DNA from: an uncultured Leptotrichia sp.
Lineage (GTDB): Bacteria; Fusobacteriota; Fusobacteriia; Fusobacteriales; Leptotrichiaceae
Reading direction: 5' to 3'
Assembly: GCA_963524305.1 (NCBI GenBank)
Contig: CAURGH010000006.1
Coordinates: 1 to 64,000 of the forward strand
Length of the DNA: 64,000 nucleotides
The position numbers and the translations under genes were made by a program. The notes under the pieces are model-generated. The model was not told the origin of the DNA. It ran no database searches and saw nothing but the letters and a program-made list of their open reading frames with translations. Of the stretch, positions 39,581 through 50,500 are shown one piece after another. Positions within the stretch are counted from its first letter, which is position 1, and each line of letters begins with the position of its first letter.

Positions 39581-40330
39581 TTAATTTTTAGATTTTATAT
39601 TTTTCCAATCTAAAGTTTTTGAAAATTCTTTTACGAAAGCAATAAAAGTACCTAAGAAAAATCCTAAAAAGACAGCTGCTACTAAAACAATTTTCTTGTT
39701 AATAGCTGGTTTAGTAATAGAATTTATGTATTTTACAACAGGAGTATTGTCATTTTTCAAAAGTTTATAATAAGCCAATCTAGAAACTAATGTATCACTC
39801 AAGACATCTTTAGTAGTTCTAAGATCAACATTCTTACTTAAAAAATCATATTGTTGTTGTAAAAGTTTTAATTGAGCATCAAGAAATGTATTTTTCTTAT
39901 TCAAAAGATATTTTTGAGATAATTCAACGTATTCTTGAGCAAAATGTTCACCTTCAAGTTTATTATTAGTGGAGAATTTTACTTTTATCTTTGGGTCATC
40001 TTTTTCAGATTGTGCCACAAGATCATTAGAAATTTTTTCTAAATATTTTTCTTGGGGTAACTTTGCATAAGACAAAACTTTTGAATGATCTTTTAAAAAT
40101 AGATAAAAATCAAAAGAATTTAATGAATATTGAGAATCTTCTCCAATCTCAGTTAAGACCTTGTCATTTCCGTACAGATTTATTTCAGTTTTGTATGATT
40201 TGTTAGTAAAAGCAAATAAAGCTGCTAAAATGGTTGTTATTATTGTAACGACTATAATAAAAGCAATATTTTTATAAATAATTTTTACTATCGTATCGAA
40301 ACTTACTGATTGATGTTTATTATCTTCCAT
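39581..40330 (-). CDS. Wzz-like polysaccharide chain-length determinant protein, with TM segments at both the N- and C-termini
   Basis: Two-TM topology with a coiled-coil periplasmic segment. Weak. Confidence 0.4.
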   Translation of the reverse strand: MEDNKHQSVSFDTIVKIIYKNIAFIIVVTIITTILAALFAFTNKSYKTEINLYGNDKVLTEIGEDSQYSLNSFDFYLFLKDHSKVLSYAKLPQEKYLEKISNDLVAQSEKDDPKIKVKFSTNNKLEGEHFAQEYVELSQKYLLNKKNTFLDAQLKLLQQQYDFLSKNVDLRTTKDVLSDTLVSRLAYYKLLKNDNTPVVKYINSITKPAINKKIVLVAAVFLGFFLGTFIAFVKEFSKTLDWKNIKSKN

Positions 40331-40697
40331 TTCAAATCCTTTCCTTTAAAATTAATTTTTTACATATTAATTTTACCAAAAAAAGTAAAATATTACAATT
40401 GAAAATTTTAAAGAAAAGAAGATTTTTTTCATAAATATTTTGAAATAAATAGAAGGCATTTCAAAAGAATAAAACAAACTTTTATAAATACATTTAAACA
40501 TTATCGGACCTATAAAAAGAAAAAATTTAATAAAAACTTAAAATATCCATTTTACAAATTAAATTAATAATATACATAATAAATATAAAATTAGATAATA
40601 CAATAATTCTAAATTTCTGATAAAATTCTAAAAAAAGTATGTTATAATAACAACCTAAATAACTTTAAAATTTAAAATTTATTGGAGGTAAATATAA

Positions 40698-41492
40698 ATG
40701 AAAAAATCTAAAAAATTATTGATAATTTTAGTGGGAGCATTAGTACTTTCAAGTTGTACAGTGGCACCTTTAACAGGGAGAAGACAATTAAAATTGGTAA
40801 GTGATGAAAGTGTTGTAGATTCATCAGTTAGTCAGTATAGACAATTTATTAATGAAGCTAATAATAAAGGTTTAATCGTTAATAATACAACAGATGGAAG
40901 AAGATTGAAAAATATTGGAAACAGAATGGCGACTGCAGTTGAAACTTATTTAAGAGAGAATGGACTATCTAAAAAGCTTGACAGTCTTCAATGGGAGTTT
41001 AACTTGATAAAAAGCAATGAAATTAATGCATTTGCAATGCCTGGTGGAAAAATAGCTTTTTATACGGGAATTATGCCAGTGCTACAAACTGATTCTGGAA
41101 TTGCGTTTGTAATGGGACACGAAATAGGTCATGTGATTGGTGGACATCATGCTGAGGGAGAAAGTGGAAGACTTGCTGCTGGAGTTGCTTCAACTATAAC
41201 AGATGTGTTTACTGGTGGGAATGTTATTTCGTCAATTGTAAGTGATGGATTATCTATTGGGCTTTTAAAATTTAATAGAACTCAAGAATACGAAGCAGAT
41301 AAATACGGAATGATTTTTATGGCTATGGCAGGGTATAATCCTGAAGATGCAATAAAAGCTGAGGAAAGAATGTTAGCTGCTGAAAAAGGTGGAAGACCAG
41401 TTGAAATTCTATCAACACATCCTAATACAGAAAAACGTATTGAAGCATTGAAAAAATATTTACCAGAAGCTATGAAGTATTATAAAAAATAG
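40698..41492 (+). CDS. M48-family zinc metallopeptidase lipoprotein
   Basis: Lipobox LSSC. HEIGHVIGGH motif (HExxH). Confidence 0.8.
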   Translation: MKKSKKLLIILVGALVLSSCTVAPLTGRRQLKLVSDESVVDSSVSQYRQFINEANNKGLIVNNTTDGRRLKNIGNRMATAVETYLRENGLSKKLDSLQWEFNLIKSNEINAFAMPGGKIAFYTGIMPVLQTDSGIAFVMGHEIGHVIGGHHAEGESGRLAAGVASTITDVFTGGNVISSIVSDGLSIGLLKFNRTQEYEADKYGMIFMAMAGYNPEDAIKAEERMLAAEKGGRPVEILSTHPNTEKRIEALKKYLPEAMKYYKK

Positions 41493-41507
41493 AAATATAA
41501 AAATGGA

Positions 41508-42500
41508 GTGATAAGTTTGAAAAATGTTATAAGTGTTGCACCGATGGTGGATAAAACGGATAGACACTTTAGAAATTTTGTGAGAATGATAAATAAAGAT
41601 GTCCAACTTTATACAGAGATGATTACTGCACAAGCGATTATTAATGGAGATTTAGAATATTTATTGGGATTTGAAGATATTCAACATCCGATTGTGTTGC
41701 AGATAGCGGCTACTAATCCAGAGGAAGCCTTTGAGGCTGTAAAAAGAGCAGAAGAATATGATTATGATGAAATTAATTTAAACGTGGGTTGTCCCTCTGA
41801 TAGAGTTTCTGGAAATATGATGGGAGCTTATTTAATGGCATTTCCTGAATTGGTTGGAGACATTATTATTGCGATGAAAAAAGCTACAAAGAAGCCAATT
41901 TCGATAAAGCACAGAATTGGAATTGATGGGAAAAAAGTATTACCTGATAGTTTTGAAAGGACATTAATTGATAAATATGAAGATATGCTTAATTTCGTAA
42001 ATGTAACAGAAAAAGCAGGAGTTAATAAATTTATTGTGCATTCTAGAATAGCAATTTTAGCGGGATTAGATCCAAAACAAAATCGTGAAATTCCACCATT
42101 AAGATATGAGGAAGTTTATAGGTTAAAGAAGGAAAAACCTAATTTACATATAGAAATTAATGGTGGGATAAAAACTATTGAACAAATTGATGAACATTTG
42201 CAACATGTGGATTCGGTTATGCTTGGAAGAGAAATTTATGATAATCCAATGATTTTAACTGAATTTGGTAAATATTATGGTAATTCTATAAATATTTCTC
42301 GTAAAGAAATTATTGAAAAAATAATCGAGTATAGCAAAAAATTAGAAGAGAACGGAATTAGACCACATTTGTTTTTGATGCATACGCAAGGCTTATTTCA
42401 TGGAGTTAGAGGAAGTAAATTTTGGAAGAGAGAAATAAATCATCCAAAAGCTAATTCTAAAACATTAATGAAACTTATGGAAAATATTGAAAATATCTAA
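41508..42500 (+). CDS. dus: tRNA-dihydrouridine synthase
   Basis: ISVAPMVDKTDRHFR at the N-terminus is typical of the Dus family. Confidence 0.8.
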   Translation: MISLKNVISVAPMVDKTDRHFRNFVRMINKDVQLYTEMITAQAIINGDLEYLLGFEDIQHPIVLQIAATNPEEAFEAVKRAEEYDYDEINLNVGCPSDRVSGNMMGAYLMAFPELVGDIIIAMKKATKKPISIKHRIGIDGKKVLPDSFERTLIDKYEDMLNFVNVTEKAGVNKFIVHSRIAILAGLDPKQNREIPPLRYEEVYRLKKEKPNLHIEINGGIKTIEQIDEHLQHVDSVMLGREIYDNPMILTEFGKYYGNSINISRKEIIEKIIEYSKKLEENGIRPHLFLMHTQGLFHGVRGSKFWKREINHPKANSKTLMKLMENIENI

Positions 42501-42825
42501 AAATTTTAACTTTTCTTTTTTGTATTTTACAGGTATAATATATATGGAAATAATTTAATATTGTAAAGATTATAAATTAAATAGTATTTTTCTATTATGA
42601 ATATTACAACAATTTAAAAATTTCAATATTAGTGAGAATAGATATAAATAATTTTATTGGGAAATTATGATTGTTATTATTTTAGTCCTATTATGATTAA
42701 TAATGGCAAAATAGTGATAATCATATTCCAGATATTTAGTTAATCTTAAAATTATATAGATTATTATAACATAAATTAATTGTATTTAATCAAAAGAAAA
42801 AAATAACTTAACAGGAGAGGTTTTC

Positions 42826-44160
42826 ATGAAAGTAGTAGTAATTGGATGTACGCATGCTGGAACGGCTGCAATTAAAAATTTAAGAGCATTAAATCCTAAT
42901 GCTGAAGTAACAGTTTTTGAAAGAAATGATAATATTTCATTTTTATCTTGTGGAATTGCATTATATGTAGGTGGAGTTGTTAGTGATCCTAAAGGATTGT
43001 TTTATTCGTCACCTGAGGAATTGAAATCATTAGGTGTAAATACTAAAATGAAACATGATGTGAAAAGTGTGGATATAAAAGGGAAAAAATTAACAGTTGA
43101 GAATTTAGAAACTGGAGAAGTTTTTGATGAAACATTTGATAAATTAATTATAACATCTGGGTCATGGCCTATTATTCCTAGAAATATTGAAGGAATTGAT
43201 TTGGAAAATGTGTTGTTATGTAAAAATTATAATCATGCTAATGAGATCATTGAAAGAAGTAAATCAGTTAAAAGGGTTGTTGTTGTTGGAGCAGGATATA
43301 TTGGGGTAGAATTGGTTGAGGCGTTTAGAGATAATGGTAAAGAAGTAATTTTAGTAGATGCTGAAGATAGAATTTTGAGTAAATATTTTGATAAGGAATT
43401 TACTGATGTTGCGGAAGAATCATTTAGAGAAAAAGGAATTGTTCTTGCAACTGGAGAAAAAGTTGTTAAAATTGAAGGTACAAATGGGAAAGTATCAAAA
43501 ATTATTACAGATAAAAATGATTATGAAACAGATATGGTAATTATGTGTATTGGATTTGTACCAAATACAGCTTTATTTAAAAATCAATTGGAAATGTTGC
43601 CAAATGGTGCAATTAAAGTTGATGAATATATGAGAACGAGTGATAAAGATGTAATGGCGGCTGGAGATTGCTGTTCGGTATTTTATAATCCTTTGAATAT
43701 GGAAAGATATATTCCACTTGCGACAAATGCAGTTAGAATGGGAACTTTGGCAGGTTTGAATTTAGTTGAAAATAAGGCTAAATCACTAGGAACTCAAGGA
43801 ACTTCTGGAATTAAGATTTATGAAAATAATATGGCAGCGACTGGTATGACTGAAGCATTGGCTAGAAGTTTGGATCTTGAAATTGAAACTGTTATTGTGA
43901 CTGATAATTACAGACCTGAATTTATGCCAACTTATGAAAAAGTAACTTTAAAAGTCGTTTTTGATAAATATACGAGAATTGTATTGGGTGCACAATTAAC
44001 TTCAAAAGTTGATTTAACACAATCAATTAATACGTTATCAGTATGTATTCAAAATCATATGACTATTGATGATTTGGCATTTGTGGACTTTTTCTTCCAA
44101 CCACATTATAATAAACCTTGGAATTTTATTAACTTAGCTGGATTAGCAGCATTAAAATAA
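42826..44160 (+). CDS. nox: NADH oxidase (FAD-dependent pyridine nucleotide-disulfide oxidoreductase, redox-active Cys)
   Basis: GCTHAG FAD-binding motif. SFLSCGIALYVGG with the active cysteine. VVGAGYIG NAD-binding motif. Confidence 0.8.
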   Translation: MKVVVIGCTHAGTAAIKNLRALNPNAEVTVFERNDNISFLSCGIALYVGGVVSDPKGLFYSSPEELKSLGVNTKMKHDVKSVDIKGKKLTVENLETGEVFDETFDKLIITSGSWPIIPRNIEGIDLENVLLCKNYNHANEIIERSKSVKRVVVVGAGYIGVELVEAFRDNGKEVILVDAEDRILSKYFDKEFTDVAEESFREKGIVLATGEKVVKIEGTNGKVSKIITDKNDYETDMVIMCIGFVPNTALFKNQLEMLPNGAIKVDEYMRTSDKDVMAAGDCCSVFYNPLNMERYIPLATNAVRMGTLAGLNLVENKAKSLGTQGTSGIKIYENNMAATGMTEALARSLDLEIETVIVTDNYRPEFMPTYEKVTLKVVFDKYTRIVLGAQLTSKVDLTQSINTLSVCIQNHMTIDDLAFVDFFFQPHYNKPWNFINLAGLAALK

Positions 44161-44494
44161 AGTTTAATTAGGTAATATTTTAAATAAAAAAGATATGTTT
44201 TTATGAATTTTTTGATATGGCAATTATTATTTTGCTAATTGAAACTAGATAAAGACATATCTTTTTTGATACAAAAATATATTATTTTCAAATTTAAAAA
44301 AATATTTAATTTGTTTGAATTTTATGAAATTTTATAAAATTTTAGTAAATAAAAGAATATTAGTATTTACAAAAGTGGTTTGAATTTGATAAAATATATT
44401 TAAATTTATTAGTGATTAGATTGATTTATAATTGATTTAAAAGTTAAAGAAAGGAGAGCTGTCCTAAAAAATATTTTAGAAATACAGCAAAAGT

Positions 44495-45424
44495 ATGGAA
44501 AATATTTCTAATAAAGTAAATATCAAAGCAATTGGTGTTGGTGGAATGGGAATTAATTTTGTGAATTATATTTTAGAAAATGAAGTTAACAATGTTGAAT
44601 ATTTAAGTATTGATACGGATGTTGAAGCACATAATGGGTGTAAGGCAGAACGAAAGATATTTTTGGATACGGGTGTAAAGAATTGCACTTGGAATCAAGC
44701 TGAAGAAGCTGCCTTAAAATGTTATGACCAATTTGAAGAATTGCTTAAGGGAACGGATATTTTATTTATAATTTCTGGTATGGGAGGTTCTACAGGAAGT
44801 GGAATTGCACCTGCAATCGTTGAGATTGCTAAAAAAATGAAAATTTTTACAATATCAATCATTGCAAAACCATTTTACTCAGAAGGGTTTGAAAAATTGA
44901 AGATAGCGAGTATGGGTGTTGAAAAAATTAATAAAAATACAAACAGTTTGATAATAGTTCCAAATGAAAAGCTCTATAATCATATTGATAAAAAACTTTC
45001 GTTGCAAGAAGCGTATGATGAAGCTAATTTTTTGATAAAAGAAGGAATTGAAAGCATTATAAATACTGTTACAAAAGTAGGCTTTGTGAATTTAGATTTA
45101 CGTGATATTAAGGTTGTTTTGGAAAATTCTAAAGATATTGTTATTCGATTAGCTGAGAGTTACGGTGAAAATGCAGAAAATACCATTGTTGAGCAATTAC
45201 TTCAAAATAATTTATTTGAAGGAGAATTAAAAGATTCAAAGAAAATACTTTTGAATATAACTGGTGGTAATGATATTTCGTTGGTTGTGATAAAAAATAT
45301 TGTAAGTAATATTTTATCATATGTGAGGGATCAGAATGCTACGTTAATTTGGGGAGTTATTATTAATCCAGAGTTTGATGCTAAGAAGAATAGTTTAAAA
45401 GTAGTTTTGATGGCAAGTGTATAG
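44495..45424 (+). CDS. divergent FtsZ/tubulin-like GTPase, core domain only (309 aa). It has the GGSTGSG tubulin signature and an NLDLRD T7-loop, but no C-terminal linker or tail.
   Basis: Segment-by-segment similarity to the FtsZ core: IKAIGVGGMGINFVNYI; ISGMGGSTGSGIAPAIVEIAKK; VPNEKL; VNLDLRDI. Confidence 0.65.
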   Translation: MENISNKVNIKAIGVGGMGINFVNYILENEVNNVEYLSIDTDVEAHNGCKAERKIFLDTGVKNCTWNQAEEAALKCYDQFEELLKGTDILFIISGMGGSTGSGIAPAIVEIAKKMKIFTISIIAKPFYSEGFEKLKIASMGVEKINKNTNSLIIVPNEKLYNHIDKKLSLQEAYDEANFLIKEGIESIINTVTKVGFVNLDLRDIKVVLENSKDIVIRLAESYGENAENTIVEQLLQNNLFEGELKDSKKILLNITGGNDISLVVIKNIVSNILSYVRDQNATLIWGVIINPEFDAKKNSLKVVLMASV

Positions 45425-45455
45425 AATTTATTTTATTTATGAATTTTAAGGAGGT

Positions 45456-46190
45456 ATGTATATGGGAATAAGTTCAAATTTTAGAAAAGACAATAAATTT
45501 CGTAATATTAAAATTTTTTCTGGAGCTCAATTGAAGTATATTGCTTTTTTATCAATGTTAATTGATCATACAAATAAAGCTTTGATTTATCCTATGTTAA
45601 CTGGAAAAGGATTTTTAAATTTTTTAAGTGATACGTTTGATATTCTAGGTAGAATTGCTTTTCCAATTTTTATGTTTTTTCTTGTGGAAGGATTTTTTAA
45701 AACTAGAAATCGATTTAGATATCTTTTATATTTAACTGTTTTTGGAGTTATTTCCGAAATTCCATTTGATTTATGTCAATCAGCAGTTATTTTTCAGCCA
45801 TATTCAAATAATGTGATGTTTACATTGGCTTTAACATTAGTTATGATTTGGATTATTGATGAATTAAGAGTACCAACAAAAATATTTTGGTATCCTATTT
45901 CGATAGTAATTGTTGCAGGGACTTGTTTGTTATCAATGATTTGGGGATTGGACTACGAATGGCACGGAATTCTGATAGGGTATTTTTTCTATATTTTTCG
46001 TAATAATCCGATATTTGCAATTATTGGAGGATATCTTTCGCTTATTAAAACACCTTGGGCTTTGTTGGGATTTGGATTGACACTTACTTATAATGGAGAA
46101 AGAGGGAAACAGAATAAGATTTTAAATTATTCGTTTTATCCTGTACATTTATTGATTTTAGGGCTTTTAAGATTATTATTTAAGGTTTAG
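45456..46190 (+). CDS. TraX-family membrane protein
   Basis: LKYIAFLSMLIDH motif and a multi-TM protein. Confidence 0.6.
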   Translation: MYMGISSNFRKDNKFRNIKIFSGAQLKYIAFLSMLIDHTNKALIYPMLTGKGFLNFLSDTFDILGRIAFPIFMFFLVEGFFKTRNRFRYLLYLTVFGVISEIPFDLCQSAVIFQPYSNNVMFTLALTLVMIWIIDELRVPTKIFWYPISIVIVAGTCLLSMIWGLDYEWHGILIGYFFYIFRNNPIFAIIGGYLSLIKTPWALLGFGLTLTYNGERGKQNKILNYSFYPVHLLILGLLRLLFKV

Positions 46191-46296
46191 AAATATTACA
46201 AAAGTTGTTTGAAAAAATTTTTGTAATATTGTATAATTACGAAAGTTAATTAATAAGTTTTCGATAGAAAATTAGAAAGGAGAAGAACATTAAAAT

Positions 46297-46740
46297 ATGG
46301 AATTTTATAATTTTAATTATTTAGAAAACCAAAAATTTGTGACAGATAAATTTTTTCTTGTTTTAATTATTTTAGTAATAGCATTTGTATTATTTGCATT
46401 TTGGAAATGGTTTAAAGGAAGTATTTCATTAAGAGATAAACAGCTTAGTTTACTTGGATTGATGTTTATTTTTTTATTTGCGTTATACCATTATAATAAT
46501 TATATTGCTAAAACTGATCAAGAAAAAGTTTATAAAAATTCAGCTAGTGTTATAAAAAAATTATCTGAAAAATTTAAAGTTAATGAAAATGATATTTTTA
46601 TAAATACGCCTGAAATAACAGAGGATACCGTTTATAAGATAAAAGATAAATTTTATCAAATTCACTGGGTGGGAAACAATATATTAGTTGAACAAATGAC
46701 AGTTCCTTATGTGGATGAAGTTAAGATGCTTAAAGAATAA
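46297..46740 (+). CDS. membrane hypothetical protein
   Basis: ORF track. Two TM helices. Confidence 0.4.
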   Translation: MEFYNFNYLENQKFVTDKFFLVLIILVIAFVLFAFWKWFKGSISLRDKQLSLLGLMFIFLFALYHYNNYIAKTDQEKVYKNSASVIKKLSEKFKVNENDIFINTPEITEDTVYKIKDKFYQIHWVGNNILVEQMTVPYVDEVKMLKE

Positions 46741-46746
46741 TAGTAT

Positions 46747-47424
46747 TTGAATAGAAATAAAAAATATAAAAGAAAGGAAGATGATGTAATTTTGGATTTT
46801 ATAATTCTTGTTGCAATAAAACTTACAATTGGATTTATTGCGTTAGTTTTATTCATGAATTTAAATGGACGAAGCCAATTGGCACCAACATCAACAGAAG
46901 ATCAAATAGGTAATTATGTCCTTGGGGGAATTATTGGTGGTGTAATTTATAGTCCAAGTATATCAATAATTCAATTTTTAATAGTTCTTTTAATATGGGG
47001 ACTTCTAATGACAATAACTGATTTTCTAAAAAATACAAATAAAAGCGTAAAAAAAATGATAGATGGACAAGTTGTGTACTTAATAAGAGATGGAAAAATG
47101 CTAACAGAAAATTTTGCACAAGCAACACTTTCAATTCCTGATTTTTACACAAAGTTGAGAACAAAAGGTGTTACGCAAATATCAGATATAGAAGAAGCTT
47201 TTATGGAATCAAATGGACAACTTATTGTTATAAAAAAAGGTGAAGATGGTTATTCAAATTTATTAGTTTCTGAAGGGAACATACAAGAGGATAATTTGAA
47301 ACATATTGGAAAAGATGATAATTGGTTGAAGGAAGAATTGGAAAAATATAACATTACCGATTTAAGTGAACTTTTTATTGTTGAGTATAGTGGTGATGGT
47401 AAATTATTTATTGTGAAAAAATAA
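46747..47424 (+). CDS. DUF421 (YetF-like) membrane protein
   Basis: TM N-terminus, then GQVVYLIRDGKMLTEN...LRTKGVTQISDIEEAFMESNGQLIVI typical of DUF421. Confidence 0.6.
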   Translation: MNRNKKYKRKEDDVILDFIILVAIKLTIGFIALVLFMNLNGRSQLAPTSTEDQIGNYVLGGIIGGVIYSPSISIIQFLIVLLIWGLLMTITDFLKNTNKSVKKMIDGQVVYLIRDGKMLTENFAQATLSIPDFYTKLRTKGVTQISDIEEAFMESNGQLIVIKKGEDGYSNLLVSEGNIQEDNLKHIGKDDNWLKEELEKYNITDLSELFIVEYSGDGKLFIVKK

Positions 47425-47477
47425 ATTCATATTGAAAAAATATTAAAGTTAAAACTATAAAATAATATGAAAATAAA

Positions 47478-47505
47478 AGAAGAGGCCCTAAAGCCTCTTT
47501 TTAAT
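47478..47505. terminator. bidirectional terminator hairpin AAGAGGC/GCCTCTT
   Basis: Perfect 7-bp GC-rich stem with flanking A and T runs, between convergent genes. Confidence 0.7.
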
Positions 47506-47509
47506 ATAT

Positions 47510-50500
47510 TTACATATTAAAGTATTTACAGAATGGTTGTGAGAAAACAATCGCACTAACTGTAGCTTCTGGATACATCATATGCTCCTCAGTTAATCTA
47601 ATTCCAAATCTTTCTGGTTTTAATAATCTAAATAATTTATCTTGATCTTCCAAATTTGGACAAGCTGGATATCCAAATGAATAACGATTTCCTTGATATT
47701 GTGCTTTCAAAATATCTTCTATATTTATATCTTTATCAATAATTCCAACTTCTTTTCTCATTAATTGATGCACGTATTCAGAAGTAGCTTCAGCTAATTC
47801 AAGACCGATAGAGTTTACAATATGCCCTCTATAAAATTCACCTTTTTCTTTCATTTCGTTTGAAACGATTCTTGATTTTTCTCCAGCAGTTGCCACAAAA
47901 AATCCAATATAATCAATTCCTTCAGGAGAAACATAATCATTCAATGATAAATATTGTCCCCATTTTTGTCTTGGGAAATCAAAAGTTTCTAAAACTGTTG
48001 ATAAATCATCTGAAAGAATTTCAATTTTCCCATCTTTAGACTTTCTACTAGGAAAGAATTTATAAATTGCTTTAATATCAAAATAATCATCACCATGAAT
48101 AATAATATCCACAATTTCATTATACAATTTAACTGCTCTAGGATCCTGTTTTTCAAGCATATCAGTTACAATCCACTTCATTCCCAAATGCTTTCCAATT
48201 AACATTTGTAAATTAATATATTTAAAAACATCTTTAGCCTTAATATTTGTAATAATTTGCTTATTCAAAGTAGTCGGCTTATAAATTTTCTCAAAATCAT
48301 ATTCAGGCAATTTTACTTTAGAAAAATCAAAAGTTCCATCTTTATCTTTAATATCACTAACTGTAGGTTTCACTTTCAAATTCTCCAACGCTTTTTTGTC
48401 TTTAATTAACAATAAATCCCTTCTCTTTTGCAAATATTCTTTAAACTCTTCAAATTTTTCAGAAACAATCATTTTATTTAAATCTGATAGAGCCGTCATC
48501 GCATCTTTTGAGTAAATAACAATATTGTTTTTGTATGATGGCTCAATTTTATTAATTGTGAATTTTTCAGTAAGTGCAGCACCACCAACAAATATAGGTA
48601 TATCAATTCCAGCTTCTCTTAAAACAGCCACAGTATTCACCATTTCAGCAGCAGATTTTACTAATAATCCTGAAAGTCCTAAAAAGTCAGCTTTCTCATT
48701 AATCACAGCTTCTCTAATTTTTTCAGCAGGTGTATTTATTCCTAAATCAAGTACGTCATATCCGTTATTTCCGATGATAATTCCAACAAGGTTTTTCCCA
48801 ATATCATGAACATCACCTTTAACAGTTGCCATTATAACTTTACCTTTACTTGAAGACTCTGTTTTTTCCATAAATTGCTCCAAATACGAAACAGATGCCT
48901 TCATAACTTCAGCACTTTGTAACACTTCAGCAACAATCAAATCGTTATTATTAAATAATTTTCCAACTTCATCCATTCCAGTCATCAAAGGCCCGTTAAT
49001 TATCTCTAATGGGGAATATTTTTGTAACAATATATCCAATAAAGCATTCAAATCCTTTTTACTTCCCTCGACAACAAGATTTGAAACTTTTTCTTCAGGT
49101 GTCATTTTATCATCAGCTAAATTCTTTTTAACAGAACCTTTTTTTTCACGATAAAAAGCTACAAAATTAGCAACTGTGTCATCATTCGTGTTAAATAGCA
49201 ATTCTTCAGACAATTTTTTTTCTTTATCAGAAATTTCATTCATTGGAATAATTTTCTCAGTATTAACAATCGCAAAATCAAGTCCAGCTTCGTAAGCCTT
49301 ATTCATGTAATAAGTATTCAACACTTCACGACCTGCAATTGGAAGTCCAAATGAAATATTACTTACTCCTAAAATAGTTTTTACATTTGGCATTTCTTTT
49401 TTTATTTCTCTAATCGCTTCAATTGTGGCAGTAGCAGATCCAATATATTTTTGATCACCTGTCGCAACTGGGAATACAAGCGTATCAAATATGATATCTC
49501 TTTCATCAATTCCATATTTTTTAGTTAATAACTCATAACTTCTTCTAGCAACCTTAATTTTTTTCTCAAGCGAAACAGCCATTCCTTCCTCATCAATCAA
49601 TCCAACAACGACAGCTGCTCCAAAATCTTTAATCAATTTTGCCATTTTTTCAAATTTCTTTTCTCCATCTTCTAAGTTAATTGAATTTATAATCCCTTTC
49701 CCTTGAAGATAAGTAAGTCCTTCACGAATTACATTAATATCCGTAGAATCCAACATTATAGGTACTTTTGCAAATTTTGAAACTTTTTCCAAGAAATTTT
49801 TCATATCGCTAATTTCATCTCTATCAGGATTTGCAAGACAAACATCAATTACATCTGCATCCCCTTTAATTTGCAATCTAGCAACTTCTGTTGCTTCATC
49901 AAATTTTTCATTAGCAATTAAATTTTTGAAAATACGAGAACCAATAACATTTGTTCTTTCTCCAACATAAATTGGTCTATCTTTTGGCACTTCCAAAGTG
50001 ATCAACCCTGTAACAGCATTCTCATTTTTATTTTCATCAATAACTCTAGGATCATACCCAATACTTTTATCTTTAATCGCTTTTATAAACGCAGGAGTAG
50101 TTCCACAACAACCTCCAACAATATTTAAAAATTTATTTTGGAAGAAAGGTTCTATTTTAGCTGCCAATGTGCTTGGAGTTTCTTCGTATTGACCTTCTTC
50201 GTTTGGAAGTCCAGCATTAGGATATACAGAAATATATGTATTAGACACTTCATTTAATTTTTTCAAAAATTGTGTCATAAATTCAGGTCCAGTTGCACAG
50301 TTCAATCCTACAGAAAGTGGATTCATATGATGAACAGCGTAATAGAATGCATCTGCCGTTTGCCCAGCAAGAGTAGTTCCAGTACTTTCAATCGTAAACG
50401 ATAACATCAATGGAACATAATAATTTTCATCCATTGCCTTTTCTAACCCTAAATATGCAGCTTTCAAGTTTCTAGTATCTTGTATTGTTTCAAATAAAAT

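Noticed and set aside
48525-50192. Plus-strand ORFs 48525..48809 and 49998..50192 inside metH
   Set aside because: Antisense to metH. No RBS or independent support.
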